Positions 9,098 to 19,685 of a DNA stretch of 64,000 nucleotides are shown here, piece after piece (position 1 is the first letter of the stretch; each line of letters starts with the position of its first letter). A program made the position numbers and the translations under genes. The stretch is from Rhodosorus marinus CCMP1338 (taxonomy: Eukaryota > Plantae > Rhodophyta), in assembly GCA_029953675.1 (NCBI GenBank), contig JAMWBK010000001.1, positions 2,542,001-2,606,000 of the forward strand. The letters are read 5' to 3'. The notes under the pieces were generated by a model. It was given only the letters and a program-made list of their open reading frames with translations, was not told the origin of the DNA and searched no databases.

Positions 9098-12000
9098 GTC
9101 TTCCTCCTCCGCGTGCGTGTCGTCCCGGTTACCCCTGTTTACCAGTGACCGCTCAGCCTGGCTTGAGCGTGTTCTCTCGTGGTTTTCGCACCTTGTCGCC
9201 TCCTACCCGGACGGTTCCCTTCCCCTTTGTCGTCAGAGCACGGCCGTACGGCTCCCTCGTCGACTTCATAAGCCCCTAGGATTGGTGTTGGATTTTCTCT
9301 GGCAGCAGGTGGCCGCGAACCCTCACTGCTCTCTTCGCTGGGAACTCTTGTTCTTTTTTCCCCGCCTCGTGCTCACATCCTCTACCGTCCCCCTCAACCC
9401 ACATCCTCGCCGGGTCCACCCTCGCCGAAAACTGCAAATGTTCCTTTCCGGCGACTTTGAGGACCTCGAACGTCTTTATTTCGCTTCTCTCTCTTCCTTT
9501 TCTCCTAGTGCTTCCTCAGCTTTTAGGTCTTCTCGACAGAATCGGGCGCGTCACGCGGTGGCAGGCGGTGATCTGCGGCGGGCAGCCGGGATCCTCCAGC
9601 AGCGGCAACCTGTGGTTCCATACTCCGATGATCTTTCTTCACCGCTCCGTTTGCTCTTTCCCTCGGAAGGCTCCCTTGGGACTCCTCGTTTGAATCAGTG
9701 TTGGAAGAGTACCGCGCCGCGCCACATCCCAGTGCGCGGTTAGTGGTCAATCTGGAGGCGGTGCGTGAGTTGGTTCATGATGCTCCGAAGGGCCGTTCCC
9801 CAGGGCCCTCGGGGCTGCGGGTGGAATATCTCCGTTTCTTAAGTGATGAAGGTTTGAAGGCGTTGGCGTGGGTGGTCGAAGCGCTTGTGAATGGTGATCC
9901 CCTGTGTGAGTGTGCGTGGTTCTTGGTCGGGCGTTCGCAGTTGTGTCTGCTTTCGAAGCCCGGCCACACGGCCTCGAGCCTTGCTATTCGCCCTATTGGC
10001 CTGGTTGAGGTGGTCCGCAAATTGGCGGCGCGATGGTTAGTGAAAATCCTGGTTCCCGAATCCCGCCGTTTCTTTGGGCACGTGCAGTTAGGCGTGGGCT
10101 ATCGTGGTGGCTGTGAGTTGTTGTCTGTTTTACTCCGTTCGGAAATGGCGTACTCCCCAGATTCTGGGCTCCTCTCTGTAGATTTTACCAATGCGTTCAA
10201 CCGCGTCTCTCGTCCGGCTCTCATGCACGTGGTGCGCGAAGTCTTCCCTGTAGGCTTTCCCTTTGTTAGTAGACTTTATTCTCCGCTTGGTCGTGGGGCT
10301 ACCTATGACACCCTTGGCGCTTCCTCACACACGTTTGCGGCGCGCACAGGGGTACAACAGGGTGATCCCTTGTCCCCTTTCCTACATGCCTGTGGACTAC
10401 AACTCGTCTTGCTTTGTCTTCGCTCCGAATTCCCGCAGGTTCGTACGGTTGCATACCACGACGACGTGTGCCTCCTGGGGCCCCCTGATACTCTAGCACT
10501 CGCTTATGATCGTCTCCGCTCCTTGGCTTCGCGGGTTGACCTGGAGGTTAATCATCACAAATCGTTCTACTGGGGAGGTGTAGCTGCACAAGAGCAGCAG
10601 GTACCTGCGTCGTTCCAGGATATTTGGAGACCGGATGGTTTTGTCCACTTAGGCATCCCCTACGGGTCGCCGTCCTTCGTTGAAGGCGAGTTGCTGCAGC
10701 TCCTCGGTAAGCACAGACAGCTGGTTGCAGAGCTTCGACGGCTACCTCCGGGCTTTCTCCAGTGCTCGTTGTTGCTGTTTCGGTATTGTTGCAGTCAGCG
10801 GTTAACCTATTGGCTTCGCTCACTTCCAACTCATTGGGGCCGGTGGTTGGCCACTCGTGCGGATGCTGAAAGTTTCCGTGACCTGGGGTATTTTCTCGAT
10901 GAAGAGCTGAGCGCTCTGCCGCGACCCACCTGTGATGTTGTGCGCGCCCAGGTAGGCCTCCCATTGCGATTGGGGGGACTGGGCCTCTGCAATCGTGTTG
11001 TGGTCCAACCTTCAGCCGCAGTAGGGGCCTGGGGAACCGCACTTCCCACTTTGAGCAGCTTGGGTATCTCGAAGTTCCGCAATTTGATGGCGAGCCTCTC
11101 GCGGGGTGTCTTGCTTCCCAGCGTACCGGAAAGCGCCCAAGACTTGTTTCTGGAGCTCCAAACCGCCCTGAATTCCTGTACTAGTCTCCCCGAAACCGTT
11201 CAACCCCGTCTTCCTGACTGGCGAGCTGTATTTGACCGCTCTCGAGGCTCCGCCCCGGGGATTCGTCCTGCGCCTGAACCTGTTCTAGGGGAGATTGACC
11301 CAGTGGTTGCCGCAGAAGAAGAAGTTCCAGTTGATCCTCCTGATGATTCCCAGCGCGCTGGGAGCCGAGCTCAAGCACGCACGGATGCGCTGCAAAATAT
11401 CCTTTCTTGGGACTTGCACCGTGCTGCATATGGCCGACTCCTCGCGCAGGTGGTCTCATCTTCTCGCGCTCGCGCCCGCCTACGTAGTCTTGGAGGGGTT
11501 ATTAGCTCTCAGTGGCTCATGACCGTACCAGCCTTTCCGCCACTCACACTGTCGGATTTCGAAGTGCGTACTTCACTGCGCTTATACCTCGGCTTACATC
11601 AGCCCCCTTGGCCGTACGAGATGGGTTCGTCGTGCCCTCTCTGCTCTCAGACTGAAGACAACGCAGATTTTGGCGCCCACCTGCTCGCTAGTTGCCCGGC
11701 GGTGAAAGGTGCTCGAACCCGCCGCCACACACGGATCTTGAACCTGTTATACCGGGAACTTCGGCCTATAGTCCGGCAAGCCGGTCTGGAAATCGAACGT
11801 GAGAAACCTTTACCCGTCGCGGACTTTCAAAATGATGAACGCCGTGTAGCCGACCTGGTGATCACCTGTGACGACAGCCGCCGTACCACATACGTTGATC
11901 TTGCTGTTCCTAACCCTCAAGCTAGTCGTTATCTCCCGGCTGCGGGGGAGCGCCGTGGATCTGCCGCCGCCAGCATGAGACGCCGCAAAGAGATCAAATA

Positions 12001-12232
12001 CGCGGGGGCTTTGTCTTCCCCTGGTGTTCGTGCTTCGGCACTAGCACATCGCTTGGTACCCCTGATCATTGAGTGCTTTGGGTTCATGGACTCTGTTGGT
12101 TCTCGCTGGCTTCGGGAGTTGTTCCGCGAACGCCCTGACCGTCTTCAATCGTTGTTTACCCGCTTAAGTTTCCTGCTGTGGCGCATGAATGCCGCTTTGA
12201 TGTTGGAGGCGCGAGTACTTCGCCGCGCTTAG
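9090..12232 (+). CDS. ORF2 of element A: reverse transcriptase, zinc knuckle and RLE (~1047 aa after correcting one frameshift near 9670)
   Basis: Motifs: RSPGPSGLRVEYL, IRPIGLVEVVRKLAA, VDFTNAFN, GVQQGDPLSP (CRE-type), AYHDDV, LPLRLGGLGL, CPLC..HLLASC..RTRRH, VADLVI..YVDLAV, RKEIKY, PLIIECFG. The N-terminal part lies in the frame of ORF 8811-9743. Confidence 0.92.
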
Positions 12233-12296
12233 TCTTTTTTTCCCCTCGGGGTTTTTTTTTCAGCCTCCGATTAAACCATTCATTCAAATAGAAAGT

Positions 12297-12535
12297 TCCG
12301 TTTAGAAGAAAACAAATTGATTGAGTGATTGATTGATTAAAATCATATATTGTCGTATTCTATCACTGCCAGAAGGTCTTTAATCCTGTTGGTCACGGCG
12401 AGGCTGCCTCAGAAGCCGGGCGGGTGCCAAGCACAGCACCCGCCCGGCTTTGTTTTGAACGGGATGAGATCCTTGGTGATGTCCACACATCTTCTCCCGG
12501 AAAAACCTTATCAAAACCAAATGTGCTTAAGACGC
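12297..12535. repeat. Distal part of copy 2 of the ~460-bp unit (proximal part at 7245-7387)
   Basis: Continues the alignment with 6941-7200 immediately after the TSD. Confidence 0.8.
12413..12450. other. Perfect 15-bp GC-rich hairpin with 8-nt loop
   Basis: AAGCCGGGCGGGTGC (12413-12427) pairs with GCACCCGCCCGGCTT (12436-12450). Confidence 0.9.
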
Positions 12536-12984
12536 AGTCATGAGCTTACTGCTAGCAAACTCGTTGGCTCGGGGATTAAAAATAGAATTCTGGCTGCCAA
12601 GGGTCGAGGACTGCCAGCCAGTCTGAGTGATAGTGGTTGATGGATGGCAGCTGTATTGGGCCTAGGGCTTCAGGCGATGCTTATTATCAATAAACATGTT
12701 GGCCATGATTTCGAACAGGACAGATTCATTCTAACTCCATTCAATGTATATATTTCCTATATTCTCGAGAGCAGGTCTTAAAATAGATGAAACACTAAAA
12801 GTATTTATTCCGAGACCAAAAAAAGCACCGCTGGGCAAACAGCCATGAGGACGGTTCAGTCAGCAACTAATTTCACACTCAACACCATGTTCAGCATAAT
12901 GATCGACATAGTGTTTAACCTAACGTTGAATGAATTTGTTTAATGTTGGTGCATGACCAGTCTTCCCCCGGGAGAGGACCGGTC

Positions 12985-15030
12985 TCACAGGGTCCAGCCT
13001 TTCATTGTGGAAAGCTTTGGCATGTGGAGAAGTCAAGCTTGGAAAGCTGCGTAAATGTTTGACCGAACATCCTAGAACAATATCTAGTGCTCCTCCGCCG
13101 TCTAAGCGCTTTCTGGCGGAATTCTAGCAAGATGCTCGCGGAGCCGCACCACCGCCGCCTGGGTTTACATGCTCCTCTCCCTAGGTCCTAGTTTCCTTTT
13201 ATATTTTGCGTAGCGCATCAAGCTACGTTAGTAAAACCACATAATGTTGGTTGGTTCTGTCATTCACACATGAATTTGCTTCCCCAGGCGCGTACTGATC
13301 GGAGAAAAGTGGAAACATAATAGTTTCACTCCGAAGGTCTTTATTCTAGTCAGGACGCTGTCCAGACATGCACCGTGTCACATGCTCTTTTTAAGATACT
13401 AGAGTTTCGTAAGAGTTAACCGACGCGGATGACAATTTCATTATTTTTAGGTTTCCTGACCATCCTGTTGAATAGCTGCGACTGATAGGCCGGTTAGGAG
13501 TCGCCCTCTGGCGATACTCTGCCAGCATGCTCGCCGAGGCGCGCAATCGGCGCCTGGGTTTGCACGTGGCTAGAATATCGCCAGAAAGCGATACTTAACC
13601 GGCGGAGCAGCATATATTTTTCAGGGTGTTCGGTGAAACATTTGCACAGCCACTCGAAGCTTGACTTTTCCAGATGCCCAAAGATTTCCGCAATGAAAGG
13701 CTGGAACCTGTGAGACCGCCCTCTTCCCGAGAAAGAGTGGCCATGCTCTCAGCGTACCGCCGTTCCTTCACACGGCGAAGTAGAGAAGCTGCTGCCCCCC
13801 CCCCGGGGAGAGCGCCAGAAGGGAGATTGGTACCGGCCACGGGGGATGTGACAGCGAGGTCCACATATACTGAGCGTCTGGCGACTTTGTCCGATACGAG
13901 GAGATCTGCGATGCAACTCGGAGGGATGTTTGCGGGTGCTCGAGGCAGTGCCGATTTCACCTCGACCGTGTAGCCAACTCTTGTCAAGTGGTCGCTGAGG
14001 ATGTATTTTAGGCGCGTGTGTCGCTTCTTGCGATGACCTCGCAGCAGTCCACACGATCCCAGGAAATGGTACCCACATCCGTCGATACGACTCGCACAAC
14101 CTTGGCAGAAGGAAGGGCGATTGGAATGCCAAGGGGCCTGTGGCAAACTCAGGTAGTTCCGTGGCGCGGTCCGGAACTAAGAGGCGTCTAGTCCTTGGGC
14201 CGATGACGAGGGCAGAGTGGTTAGCCATAGGTGGGATAGATTACCTCCCATAGCCCGTAGACGAGCCGAGGTGGTAGGCGGTGTAAGTGAAGAATTGACG
14301 CAAGATTGCGGGAACAGCACTGTGTTGGTCCCAAGTGAGGCTATGTTGGATCACATCAGTGCGTGAGCTCCATGATCTGCTCATATACACGGGAAATCGG
14401 CGGTAGGTGACCCGGGGCTGGCTTCCCCACCGTCGCTCTAACCGAGGATTCCACTGAAACCTCATTGCGTGGGGCATCTGAAAATTCAAGCTTGGAGTGG
14501 CTGCGCAAATGTTTCACCGAACATCCTCAAGCATATCCGGCGGCCCCCCGGCCGTTTAAGTGTCACTCTCTGGCGGTATTCCAGCACAGGCTCGCCGAGG
14601 CGCCCCACCGCCGCCTACGCTTGTGCCAGGTGGCTCGGGGTTTTGCCAAGTGGGTTGGGTTTTTCGCTGTTTACGACCCCCCCTATTAAACCCCCCTGTT
14701 TTCGCGGGTTTAACCACTTCTGGATCGTAAACGTCGAAAAACCCAACCCACTTGGCACAACCCTAGTAAAACCACCACCCCGTTGACCGAGTGCTGGCGG
14801 GCGATGGGGACGCCAGCCCCAGGTAACCCGCGGCAGATTACCCGGGTTTGAACATACCGTGGAGCTCATGCACTGATGTGATTCAACATAGACTCACCTG
14901 GGACCAACACAACGCAGCTCTCGCACTGTTGCTCAACTCTCCACTCTCGCCGCCAACAACCGTTGGCTCGTCTGCGCGGCATGGGAGGTCAGCCATCTCA
15001 CCTGTGGTTAAGCACTCTGCCATCCTCACC
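12985..15030. mobile_element. Jumble of diverged family B fragments in both orientations (approx. 12985-13240 +, 13455-13575 +, 13595-14460 -, 14465-14640 +, 14860-15030 +)
   Basis: ORF 13595-14146(-) has CQGC..GYHFLGSC..RHTRLK and CIADLLVSD..YVDLAV. The plus-strand pieces repeat the WLRKCFTEHP..LWRYSS region. A stem-loop variant lies at 13208-13228. Confidence 0.8.
14637..14764. repeat. ~40-bp imperfect inverted repeat around a ~48-bp loop
   Basis: GGGGTTTTGCCAAGTGGGTTGGGTTTTTCGCTGTTTACGA (14637-14676) against TCGTAAACGTCGAAAAACCCAACCCACTTGGCACAACCCT (14725-14764), about 4 mismatches. Confidence 0.8.
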
Positions 15031-15032
15031 TG

Positions 15033-17790
15033 GACTTTACTAGCATAGCCTGAAGCGCTACGCAATGTGTGAAGATGAACTAATAACTAGGGAGGGAAGC
15101 ATGCAACCCCAGGCGCCGATGGCGCGCCTCGGAAAGCATGTCGCTGGAATATCGCCAAAGGTAGACACTTAAACGCCTCAAGAGCGCCAAATATTCAGTA
15201 GGATGCTCGGCAAAACATTTCCGCAACCACCCTAAACCCGACTTATCCACGTGACCAAAGCTTTCCACAATGAATGGCTGGAACCGGTGGGAGCGACCCT
15301 CAGCGCATGGCAGACTGGCCATGCTCTCAGCATACTGTCGTTCCTTAACTCTTCGAAGGGCTGAAGCCGCGGCCCCCCGGCGGCGGGCGGCTGCGGTGAG
15401 GTGGGCGCTGGCCACGGGGCAGGTAGTCGCAAGGTCCACATATGTTGAGCGTCTGGCAGCAGCGTCGGAGACGAGGAGATCGGCTATACAACGGGGCGGT
15501 GCAGAGTCCGAGATTGATCTGGGCAGCTCCGACTCAACCTCAACCGTATGCCCTATCCGAGTCAAAAATTCGCTGAGGATGTACTTGAGGCGAGTGTGAC
15601 GCCTCGTACGGAGACCTCTCAATAGTCCGCAGGAACCCAGGAAGTGGTAGCCACAAGCGTCAATCCGGCTCTCACATCCCTGACAGAAAGACGACAGAAA
15701 GACGCCGATTAGAGTGCCACGGAGGCTGTGGCAAACCGAGATAGATCCGTGCGGCAGAACGGAACTGGAAAGCATCGAGACGATGACTCAATGACGACGG
15801 TAGAGTGGTAAAAAAACCACAAGTGCGAGAGGTGGCCTCCCATGCCGCGGAGACGAGCGGCAGTGGTAGGCGGTGTGAGAGGAGAATTGAGCATGACTGT
15901 GTGAGCGGCACTGTGTTGGCCCCAGGTGAGGCTATGTTGAATCACATCAGTGCGGGAGCTCCACAATCGGCTCAAACCCGAGTAGTCTGCAACAGGTGAC
16001 CCGGGGCTAGCCTCTCCGTCATCGGCAAGAACTCGGTCGAGGGAGAATCCTCAATCGCTTCAGCTCGTCCCCATAACAGCTCCCTCCAGTAACGAAAGCG
16101 GGACCTATTTGCGTCCGGCACGGCGTTGCACCCCTGAACGCGTGTTGAAGACCATCATAAATTGTCAAAAGCGGGGGCGGCAGGGTCACTGGATCCTCGT
16201 TGGTTAAAGCTCGAGCCAAGAGGCAGGCACTTCGCATCTGGAAGGTCACCAACGTTCGCAGCGCGGTAGCCCAGGAGGCAACCGCCGCTGGCGAGCATAC
16301 CAGCCCACGGTCTGCGACGCCGAATCCCCTAATCGCAACGGTAGAGCGATCTGTGCACGAATCAAGTCCCTGTCGGGAGCAGCTTCAAGATCGAGGGGCT
16401 CATCCAAGAGCGTTCCCCAGTGTTGCAGGGTCATCTCGTCGGCTTTAGCCGCGATCCACGAGCCCCAAGCTGGAGGCAGGCTGCGCAACCAGTAGTTGAG
16501 TCTGGGACCGGCACAAAAGCGGGAAAGCAAGCAAGCCGATTGCAGCATGCTGTCGGGTAGGCGCTAAATGGCGTCGGTGAGTTGCTTGTGCCGTGCCAAA
16601 ACTCGCTCGCAGGATGCTTGGACAAAGTTGTCAGTCCCCAATCCGACGCCGTGGGGTTTGAACCCTTCACGTTCGCTGATTAGTCGCAGAGTGGGTGGCA
16701 GAGAGGCCAGCGACACGTCCCTCGGGGGGAGAAGGCGACATTTTTCTGTTTCCACAGTCAAACCGACGCGACGTGCAATCGCTTCGATCTCGGTCAGCCC
16801 CCTAGCCAGGGTGTCAGGGGTGCCCAGCAATGTTACGTCATCGTGGTAAGGCGCAGATTCGAAGATCCGAGACCTCAGTCGAAAGACGTAAAAGTACGAG
16901 CTGTAGGGCACAGGCATGAAGAAGAGGTCCGCAAGGGTCGCCTTGTTGGACGCCAGTATGTGCTTGAAAAACAGTGCCCTCCGTTGTCAAGTAGGGGAGG
17001 CTCTCCCCTCCGTAAATACCCGATAGAAACGGCCACGCCCCCGGAAACACCGGTCGGAGCACCTCTAGCGCATGCGTCCGCGACACGCTGTTGAATGCGT
17101 TCCGGAAATCAACCACCAAGACTCCCAGCTCCGGCCTACTGGCGCGTTCTAGCTCGATCCCATGGGTGATCAGTTCGCAACCCCCAGAAAATCCCGCCAT
17201 AAAAGCTGTGACGCGCTGGCGAAGGCGCTGGCATAGCCACCTCCCGACTAACTTCCGTAGGCTCTCCACCATCCCGATCGGCCGGAGACGCGGGTGGGCC
17301 GGCTGGTGGTCAGGTTTCGTGAGCAAGCAAAGCTGTGCCTGCCGGAGATGTTCCCATGGCGCAGACGCACCCGATACGCCCTGGAACAACTTGTTAAGGA
17401 TCCTCAGAAGCGCGCTCTGGCCAGGCTGGCTCTGGGCCTGCAATAGCTCTGTTCTTAGTCCGGAGGGTCCGGGGCAGCGTCCCCGACGCGAGGTACGAAG
17501 CAAATCCTCCAGGTCAGACTCACTGAGGGTCAGGTCGATGCGAAACCTGGCCAACTCCGGACGGTCCAAGAATACCTCGAATTCAGGGGACAAGTCCACG
17601 TCGGACTCAGGGAACAAAGACGACACCGTCTGGGCGAGACTATCATCGTAGGGTAGGACAGGCGCCTGGCCCTCCAAAACCCGCGCCGCTCGACTTAAAT
17701 CGCCCACTGCTACCAATTTCCGTACTCGAGCCGGCACGGGCGACACTGTGCCATGCCGAGTCCGACGGGCGGATGGTGCTGACGACGCCA
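15033..17790 (-). mobile_element. Longest family B copy (5'-truncated, RT through RLE, disrupted)
   Basis: ORF 16838-17791 has RGRCPGPSGLRTELL, LRPIGMVESLRKLVG, VDFRNAFN and GVQQGDPCGP. A 1-nt insertion precedes YHDD. Further nonsense and frameshift lesions follow, then the RLE ORF 15080-15775. Confidence 0.92.
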
Positions 17791-17827
17791 AATAGCTGCG
17801 CTGTAGCCTGAAGCGCTACGCAAGGCA

Positions 17828-19685
17828 ACGATGACGTAACATTGCTGGGCACCCCTGACACCCTGGCTAGGGGGCTGACCGAGATCGAAGCGATTGCACG
17901 TCGCGTCGGTTTGACTGTGGAAACAGAAAAATGTCGCCTTCTCCCCCCGAGGGACGTGTCGCTGGCCTCTCTGCCACCCACTCTGCGACTAATCAGCGAA
18001 CGTGAAGGGTTCAAACCCCACGGCGTCGGATTGGGGACTGACAACTTTGTCCAAGCATCCTGCGAGCGAGTTTTGGCACGGCACAAGCAACTCACCGACG
18101 CCATTTAGCGCCTACCCGACAGCATGCTGCAATCGGCTTGCTTGCTTTCCCGCTTTTGTGCCGGTCCCAGACTCAACTACTGGTTGCGCAGCCTGCCTCC
18201 AGCTTGGGGCTCGTGGATCGCGGCTAAAGCCGACGAGATGACCCTGCAACACTGGGGAACGCTCTTGGATGAGCCCCTCGATCTTGAAGCTGCTCCCGAC
18301 AGGGACTTGATTCGTGCACAGATCGCTCTACCGTTGCGATTAGGGGGATTCGGCGTCGCAGACCGTGGGCTGGTATGCTCGCCAGCGGCGGTTGCCTCCT
18401 GGGCTACCGCGCTGCGAACGTTGGTGACCTTCCAGATGCGAAGTGCCTGCCTCTTGGCTCGAGCTTTAACCAACGAGGATCCAGTGACCCTGCCGCCCCC
18501 GCTTTTGACAATTTATGATGGTCTTCAACACGCGTTCAGGGGGTGCAACGCCGTGCCGGACGCAAATAGGTCCCGCTTTCGTTACTGGAGGGAGCTGTTA
18601 TGGGGACGAGCTGAAGCGATTGAGGATTCTCCCCTCGACCGAGTTCTTGCCGATGACGGAGAGGCTAGCCCCGGGTCACCTGTTGCAGACTACTCGGGTT
18701 TGAGCCGATTGTGGAGCTCCCGCACTGATGTGATTCAACATAGCCTCACCTGGGGCCAACACAGTGCCGCTCACACAGTCATGCTCAATTCTCCTCTCAC
18801 ACCGCCTACCACTGCCGCTCGTCTCCGCGGCATGGGAGGCCACCTCTCGCACTTGTGGTTTTTTTACCACTCTACCGTCGTCATTGAGTCATCGTCTCGA
18901 TGCTTTCCAGTTCCGTTCTGCCGCACGGATCTATCTCGGTTTGCCACAGCCTCCGTGGCACTCTAATCGGCGTCTTTCTGTCGTCTTTCTGTCAGGGATG
19001 TGAGAGCCGGATTGACGCTTGTGGCTACCACTTCCTGGGTTCCTGCGGACTATTGAGAGGTCTCCGTACGAGGCGTCACACTCGCCTCAAGTACATCCTC
19101 AGCGAATTTTTGACTCGGATAGGGCATACGGTTGAGGTTGAGTCGGAGCTGCCCAGATCAATCTCGGACTCTGCACCGCCCCGTTGTATAGCCGATCTCC
19201 TCGTCTCCGACGCTGCTGCCAGACGCTCAACATATGTGGACCTTGCGACTACCTGCCCCGTGGCCAGCGCCCACCTCACCGCAGCCGCCCGCCGCCGGGG
19301 GGCCGCGGCTTCAGCCCTTCGAAGAGTTAAGGAACGACAGTATGCTGAGAGCATGGCCAGTCTGCCATGCGCTGAGGGTCGCTCCCACCGGTTCCAGCCA
19401 TTCATTGTGGAAAGCTTTGGTCACGTGGATAAGTCGGGTTTAGGGTGGTTGCGGAAATGTTTTGCCGAGCATCCTACTGAATATTTGGCGCTCTTGAGGC
19501 GTTTAAGTGTCTACCTTTGGCGATATTCCAGCGACATGCTTTCCGAGGCTCGCCATCGGCGCCTGGGGTTGCATGCTTCCCTCCCTAGTTATTAGTTCAT
19601 CTTCACGCCTTGCGTAGCGCTTCAGGCTATGCTAGTAAAGTCGGGGGGAGTAAAGTCCAGTAAAGTCCAGTATAGCTAATAAAGC
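17828..19685 (+). mobile_element. Family B copy truncated at the RT catalytic motif; inverted near-identical duplicate of 15033-16844
   Basis: Begins at (H)DDVTLLGTPD. The ORF track gives identical peptides on opposite strands, e.g. the 231-aa ORFs 15080-15775(-) and 18900-19595(+). Confidence 0.92.

Larger units (their letters stand above)
7547..12285 (+). mobile_element. Full-length two-ORF CRE-like non-LTR retrotransposon, family A
   Basis: G/T-rich 5' UTR, ORF1, ORF2 (RT + CCHC + RLE) and short T-rich 3' UTR. Together with 7388-7546 it is bounded by the 11-bp direct repeat AAATAGAAAGT (7377-7387 and 12286-12296). Confidence 0.92.

Noticed and set aside
9655-9680. Programmed -1 ribosomal frameshift in ORF2
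   Set aside because: TTTCCCT is not in the correct phase for an X XXY YYZ site. The window shows homopolymer discrepancies elsewhere, so a mutation or consensus error is more likely.
12413-12457. Rho-independent terminator (GC stem plus T-rich tract)
   Set aside because: The context is eukaryotic and nuclear, so the shape alone does not support a bacterial terminator. Kept only as a hairpin.
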